Origin: Hydrurus foetidus
Lineage: Eukaryota
Assembly (NCBI GenBank): GCA_900617105.1
Contig: UYFQ01000032.1
Coordinates: forward strand, 1-64,000
Reading direction: 5' to 3'
Length of the DNA stretch: 64,000 bases
This document shows, in pieces, positions 59,359-64,000 of this stretch. Below the pieces are notes generated by a model, which saw only the letters and a program-made list of their open reading frames with translations, made no database searches and was not told the origin of the DNA. A program made the position numbers and the translations under genes. Numbering within the stretch: position 1 is the stretch's first letter; every line of letters begins with the position of its first letter.

Positions 59359-60203
59359 GCAGCAGCAAAACCATCGGCGACATTCTGGTTGCCACCGGCC
59401 GCCTGAGCCAGGACGACGCAGGCCGCATCGTTGAACGCCAGCGCCAAGATCAGGTGCAGTTTGGCGAAGCCGCCCTGGCCCTGAAGGTGCTAACCAAAGA
59501 AGACATCGACTTTGCGCTGAGCAAGCAGTTTGACTACTCGTACCTCAGCGACCAGGACCAAAGTGTCAGCCCCGAGCTGATAGCCGCCTACAAACCATTC
59601 AGCCGCGTGGGAGAAAACCTGCGTGCTGTGCGCAGTCAGCTCATGCTGCGCTGGTTTAACACCGACCCGGCCCGCAAGGTAATTACCATTGTGAGCCCCG
59701 GCAGTGGCGACGGCCGCAGCTTTATCGCCGCCAACCTTGCTATTGTTTTTGCCCAACAAGGCGAGCGCACGCTGCTAATCGACGCCGACTTGCGCGCTAA
59801 ACCCGAGCGCGCGCAGCATGCCTTGTTCAAATTGGGAAAAGGTGCAGGCTTGTCTGGCGTACTGGCCAACCGCGCCGGGCTGGAAGTGGCCCAGCTAGTG
59901 CCCGGCCTGCCCGGCTTGGCCGTGCTGCCCGCCGGTGCCGTGCCTCCCAACCCGCAGGAGCTGCTGGGCCGTGCTGCCTTTGGCGACCTGCTGCGCATTG
60001 CCAGCCAGCAGTTTGATGTGATCATCATCGACACACCGGCTGGCCAGGACTTCGCCGATGCAGAAATTACCTCCGCCCGTGCTGGCGCTGCTCTGCTTGT
60101 TGCCAGAAAAAACACAAGCGTGCTTCCCCAGGTCACCGAGCTCGCAAGGCGATTGCAAGACTGCGGCGTTGCGTTAGTGGGCTCTGTTCTCAACGATGCT
60201 TAG
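59355..60203 (+). CDS. epsG: Chain length determinant tyrosine-kinase-like EpsG
   Basis: E..R..RSQL, GDGRS Walker-A variant, LLIDADLR, IIIDTP; MshEN-like N-terminus. Confidence 0.88.
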   Translation: MSSSKTIGDILVATGRLSQDDAGRIVERQRQDQVQFGEAALALKVLTKEDIDFALSKQFDYSYLSDQDQSVSPELIAAYKPFSRVGENLRAVRSQLMLRWFNTDPARKVITIVSPGSGDGRSFIAANLAIVFAQQGERTLLIDADLRAKPERAQHALFKLGKGAGLSGVLANRAGLEVAQLVPGLPGLAVLPAGAVPPNPQELLGRAAFGDLLRIASQQFDVIIIDTPAGQDFADAEITSARAGAALLVARKNTSVLPQVTELARRLQDCGVALVGSVLNDA

Positions 60204-61119
60204 TGGTGCCCTTGTGAACTCAACATATGAATCGATCTCGGGTAGCAAAACGCCTTTTTCAAAGGAGGCATTTGCCCAATGGGGCCCAATCATTGCCGGC
60301 CTTGCGATCCTGTATTTGCCAACGCTCTACACACTATTTACCGGCATTTGGTCGTCAGACGGGCAAATGCATGGCCCCATAGTGCTAGGCATTTCCTGCT
60401 GGTTGATACATCGCAACTGGCCAACTATGGTGGCCAAGTGCGCCAACGATAGAAGCAATGCGTGGGGGTGGCCATTCATTGTCGTGGCGCTGTTGATCTA
60501 CGCGCTGGGACGTTCGCAAGGCATTTTGCTGTTGGAAGTGGGATCCATTATCTGGCTGCTGATCGGTGTTGCTTTAATCAATGTAGGCATTGGAGCGCTC
60601 AGGGCCCAATGGTTTGCGCTGTTCTTTATGCTCTTCATGATCCCGCTTCCCGGGATCATTGTTGACACCGTGACCCTTCCAATGAAACTTGCAGTTTCCT
60701 ATGTCGCTGAGCACGTATTGTTCTGGGTTGGCTACCCCATAGGGCGCAGCGGTGTCATTCTGCAAATTGGCCAATACATGCTACTGGTTGCCGATGCTTG
60801 CGCAGGCTTGCACACTTTGCTGACGTTGGAAGCTCTAGGACTTTTGTATTTAAACATTGTCCGGCGAGACTCTGCCTTACGAAACATTGGGCTGGCAATT
60901 CTTATCGTTCCCATTTCATTCACGGCCAACGTCATTCGCGTAATCACGCTAAGTCTTATCACCTATCACTGGGGAGACGCAGCAGGTCAGGGGTTCTTAC
61001 ACGGTTTTGCAGGAATCGTTTTGTTTTTAACCGCCTTGCTTCTCATCATTGGCTTTGACACATTGCTTCAAACCATTGAAGAAATTCGGCAACGCCAAAC
61101 CAATCGAGTGGGGAGCTAA
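60196..61119 (+). CDS. xrtB: Exosortase B (EpsH)
   Basis: Multi-TM; HG, VADACAG (Cys), N..R (Arg), FLH..AG (His). Confidence 0.92.
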   Translation: MLSGALVNSTYESISGSKTPFSKEAFAQWGPIIAGLAILYLPTLYTLFTGIWSSDGQMHGPIVLGISCWLIHRNWPTMVAKCANDRSNAWGWPFIVVALLIYALGRSQGILLLEVGSIIWLLIGVALINVGIGALRAQWFALFFMLFMIPLPGIIVDTVTLPMKLAVSYVAEHVLFWVGYPIGRSGVILQIGQYMLLVADACAGLHTLLTLEALGLLYLNIVRRDSALRNIGLAILIVPISFTANVIRVITLSLITYHWGDAAGQGFLHGFAGIVLFLTALLLIIGFDTLLQTIEEIRQRQTNRVGS

Positions 61120-61123
61120 CTCA

Positions 61124-61816
61124 ATGCAGATCAAAATTAAAAACTATCTGTTGCTCGCGTTGATGCTTTCTTCCGCTGCGCTTGCAGTTGCGATAAGGCC
61201 AACTGAAAAAATTGCAGACCTCGGTGCCCCGGTACAACTTGAAAAGATTATTCCGAGCACATTTGGCGACTGGCGTGAAGTCAGGATGTCAGGGCAAACC
61301 ATTGTCAATCCGCAAGAGCTTGAGATGCTCAACGCCATCTACAGCCAAACGCTCTCTAGAACCTACGTGAACAGTGCGGGCTACCGGATCATGCTTTCCA
61401 TCGCCTATGGTGGAGACCAATCACGAGACCTGCAAGTCCACAGGCCCGAAGTTTGCTACGCAGCACAGGGCTTTCAAACTGGAGACCAGAGGAAAGTAAA
61501 TCTTAGTCTGGGTGACAAGGAAATACCAGTCATGCGACTCACTGCCAAACTGGGCGAACGCAATGAGCCCATCACCTACTGGGTGCGGATTGGGGACAAG
61601 ATTGTCCGGGGCAACCTGGAACAAGGCTTTGCCCGTCTGGGTTATGGCATCCAAGGGCAGATCGCTGATGGTTTGCTGTTCCGCGTCTCCAGCATTGACA
61701 AGGACGCGACTATGGCGTTCCAAAACCAAGACAGCTTTATTGGCGCGCTAAGCGCAAGTATCCCGCCGCAAGAAAAGTCACCGATTTTCGGTGCTGGCAA
61801 TCCTATTCAACACTAA
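61124..61816 (+). CDS. epsI: EpsI-family exosortase-associated protein
   Basis: Start ATG 61124; [35 protein letters not shown]. Confidence 0.9.
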   Translation: MQIKIKNYLLLALMLSSAALAVAIRPTEKIADLGAPVQLEKIIPSTFGDWREVRMSGQTIVNPQELEMLNAIYSQTLSRTYVNSAGYRIMLSIAYGGDQSRDLQVHRPEVCYAAQGFQTGDQRKVNLSLGDKEIPVMRLTAKLGERNEPITYWVRIGDKIVRGNLEQGFARLGYGIQGQIADGLLFRVSSIDKDATMAFQNQDSFIGALSASIPPQEKSPIFGAGNPIQH

Positions 61817-62940
61817 TGCAAGCAATGAAAAAAGTAGCACTCATCACCGGCGTGACCGGACAAGACGGTTCATATTTGGCAGAGTTCTTGCTCAAAAAAG
61901 GCTACGAAGTGCATGGCATTAAGCGCCGTGCCTCCAGCTTTAACACCGACCGTATTGACCACCTGTACCAAGACCCCCATGTGTCTGCGCGCAACTTCAC
62001 GTTGCACTACGGAGACTTGACTGACAGTAGCAACCTCATCCGCATCATCCAACTGGTGCAACCAGACGAAATTTACAACCTGGGTGCCATGAGCCACGTG
62101 GCCGTGTCATTCGAGAGCCCCGAGTACACCGCCGACGCCGACGGCATGGGCACGCTGCGCATTCTGGAAGCCATTCGCATACTGGGCCTGGAGAAGAAAA
62201 CGCGCTTTTACCAAGCGTCTACCTCCGAGCTGTACGGCCTGGTTCAAGAAATCCCCCAAAAGGAAACCACCCCCTTCTACCCCCGCAGCCCCTACGCCGT
62301 GGCCAAGATGTATGCCTACTGGATTACGGTGAACTACCGCGAAGCCTATGGCATTTACGCATGCAACGGCATCTTGTTTAACCACGAAAGCCCGCTGCGC
62401 GGCGAGACATTCGTAACCCGCAAAATCACCCGCGCCATCAGTCGCATTGCACTAGGGCTGCAAGACTGCCTGCACCTCGGCAATATGAGCGCCCTGCGCG
62501 ATTGGGGCCACGCCCGTGACTATGTGGAAATGCAATGGCTCATGCTGCAGCAAGACCATGCTGAAGACTTCGTCATTGCCACCGGCGTGCAATACAGCGT
62601 GCGCCAGTTTGTAGAGTTTGCTGCTGAAGAACTGGGCATCAAACTGGCTTGGACCGGGGAAGGTGAAAACGAAGTTGGCACCGTCGTGTCCGTTACAGGA
62701 ACAGATGCCAAATGCAAGATCGGTGATGTGATCGTGAAGGTAGACCCACGCTACTACCGCCCCACCGAAGTTGAAACACTGCTGGGCGACCCCACCAAGG
62801 CCAAAGAGAAACTGGGCTGGGTACCAACAACCACTCTTAAAGAACTGGTGGCAGAAATGGTGCAAGCCGACTTCACCAGTGCCAAGCGTGACGCACTAGT
62901 CAAGCTGGCAGGGTTCCAGACCTACGACCACCACGAATAA
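61816..62940 (+). CDS. gmd: GDP-mannose 4,6-dehydratase
   Basis: [52 protein letters not shown]. Confidence 0.97.
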   Translation: MQAMKKVALITGVTGQDGSYLAEFLLKKGYEVHGIKRRASSFNTDRIDHLYQDPHVSARNFTLHYGDLTDSSNLIRIIQLVQPDEIYNLGAMSHVAVSFESPEYTADADGMGTLRILEAIRILGLEKKTRFYQASTSELYGLVQEIPQKETTPFYPRSPYAVAKMYAYWITVNYREAYGIYACNGILFNHESPLRGETFVTRKITRAISRIALGLQDCLHLGNMSALRDWGHARDYVEMQWLMLQQDHAEDFVIATGVQYSVRQFVEFAAEELGIKLAWTGEGENEVGTVVSVTGTDAKCKIGDVIVKVDPRYYRPTEVETLLGDPTKAKEKLGWVPTTTLKELVAEMVQADFTSAKRDALVKLAGFQTYDHHE

Positions 62941-62951
62941 GCGGCTGGTTT

Positions 62952-63908
62952 ATGGACAAGAACTCAAAAATCTACGTGGCGGGCCACCGCGGCATGGTGG
63001 GCTCCGCGATCGTGCGGACCCTGCAGGCAAAGGGCTACACCAACCTATTGACGCGCACGCACACTGAACTCGATCTGCTCGACCAGACTGCGGTCAAGAA
63101 TTTTGTAGCTTCTGAACGGCCCGACTACATCTTTATTGCAGCAGCCAAGGTTGGAGGCATTCAGGCCAACAACGTGTACAGAGCCGATTTTCTGTACCAA
63201 AACCTGATGATCGAAGGCAACCTGATACACGCAACCCATGAAGCCAACATCAATCGCCTGCTCTTTTTGGGCTCTAGCTGCATCTATCCCCGTGACTGTG
63301 CACAGCCCATCAAAGAAGAATATTTGTTGACCGGCCCGCTGGAACCGACCAATGAGCCCTACGCGATCGCCAAGATTGCAGGCATCAAACTTTGCGAGTC
63401 CTACAACCGACAGTATGGGCGGCAATATGTCAGCGCCATGCCCACCAACCTATACGGCCCTAACGACAACTACGACCTGAGCAACTCGCACGTGTTACCA
63501 GCATTACTGCGCAAAGCCCATGAAGCCAAGGCACGCGGAGACACGACCCTGACCGTGTGGGGCTCCGGCAAACCCATGCGCGAGTTTTTGCATGTGGACG
63601 ACATGGCCGCGGCATGCGTTTATCTGATGGAGAACGACTCCATAAGCGAGGGCCTGTTCAATGTAGGCACCGGCACAGACGTAACCATCCGCGAGCTGGC
63701 TGAAACCATCATGCAAACGGTAGGTTTTGAAGGCGGCATTGTTTTTGACGCCACCAAACCCGACGGCACACCGCGCAAACTACTTGACGTTTCCCGCCTG
63801 CAAGCACAAGGCTGGCAAGCACAAATCAAGTTGGCCGAAGGCATTGCGCTCACATACGCGGCATATCTACAGGCAACAGACGCAGGCTCCCTCAAAGGGG
63901 CCGCATGA
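62952..63908 (+). CDS. fcl: GDP-L-fucose synthase
   Basis: [55 protein letters not shown]. Confidence 0.96.
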   Translation: MDKNSKIYVAGHRGMVGSAIVRTLQAKGYTNLLTRTHTELDLLDQTAVKNFVASERPDYIFIAAAKVGGIQANNVYRADFLYQNLMIEGNLIHATHEANINRLLFLGSSCIYPRDCAQPIKEEYLLTGPLEPTNEPYAIAKIAGIKLCESYNRQYGRQYVSAMPTNLYGPNDNYDLSNSHVLPALLRKAHEAKARGDTTLTVWGSGKPMREFLHVDDMAAACVYLMENDSISEGLFNVGTGTDVTIRELAETIMQTVGFEGGIVFDATKPDGTPRKLLDVSRLQAQGWQAQIKLAEGIALTYAAYLQATDAGSLKGAA

Positions 63909-64000
63909 AAGCAGCCGGCGCGCGCCAGATTGCCACCAGCAGCATTCTGCTACTGGCCGAAAACCTCATTCGGCTACTGGCAGTGGCAGCGGTGTCGTTC
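63905..64000 (+). CDS. Start of probable Wzx-type polysaccharide flippase (runs off right edge)
   Basis: ATG 63905 overlapping fcl stop; [35 protein letters not shown] context. Confidence 0.55.
   Translation, partial: MKAAGARQIATSSILLLAENLIRLLAVAAVSF

Overview
Betaproteobacterial chromosome segment, probably Comamonadaceae (Rhodoferax/Acidovorax-like by gene content and codon style), with five blocks. (1) ~90-21,100: an accessory stretch inside a purine-catabolism neighbourhood (xdhB tail at left; Crp/Fnr regulator, glycerate kinase and 8-oxoguanine-type deaminase at right). It carries a C-P lyase phosphonate cluster (phnCDE, phnF, phnGHIJKLM, phnN, DUF1045, hexapeptide acetyltransferase), several gene remnants, and a green-tuned proteorhodopsin operon with crtE-crtI-crtB-crtY-blh. 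(2) 24.7-37 kb: oxidative uronate/aldarate catabolism (gudD, FadR-type regulator, udh, lactonase, TRAP, Bug, garD, garL, garR). (3) 37.9-48.1 kb, the most unusual part: an AT-rich exported hypothetical gene followed by a ~2,329-aa giant gene. The giant gene has N-terminal M23 peptidase and lysozyme-like domains, hydrophobic helices, two FrpC self-processing-module-like Ca-binding regions and cadherin-like repeats. A 1,700-bp IS1380 with a 5-bp target duplication splits its M23 active site. It looks like an N-terminal-warhead polymorphic toxin/adhesin with an upstream immunity gene. (4) 48.1-52.4 kb: PEP-CTERM protein, manC, CugP-like nucleotidyltransferase, galE. (5) 52.7-64 kb: XrtB/PEP-CTERM-linked EPS locus (epsA, epsB/wcaJ, epsL, D, E, F, G, xrtB, epsI, gmd, fcl, start of a flippase). 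An identical 21-bp box, with the same spacing to a -10-like hexamer, precedes both the toxin-like operon and epsA, suggesting one regulon. All calls come from motif recognition by eye; no database searches were run.
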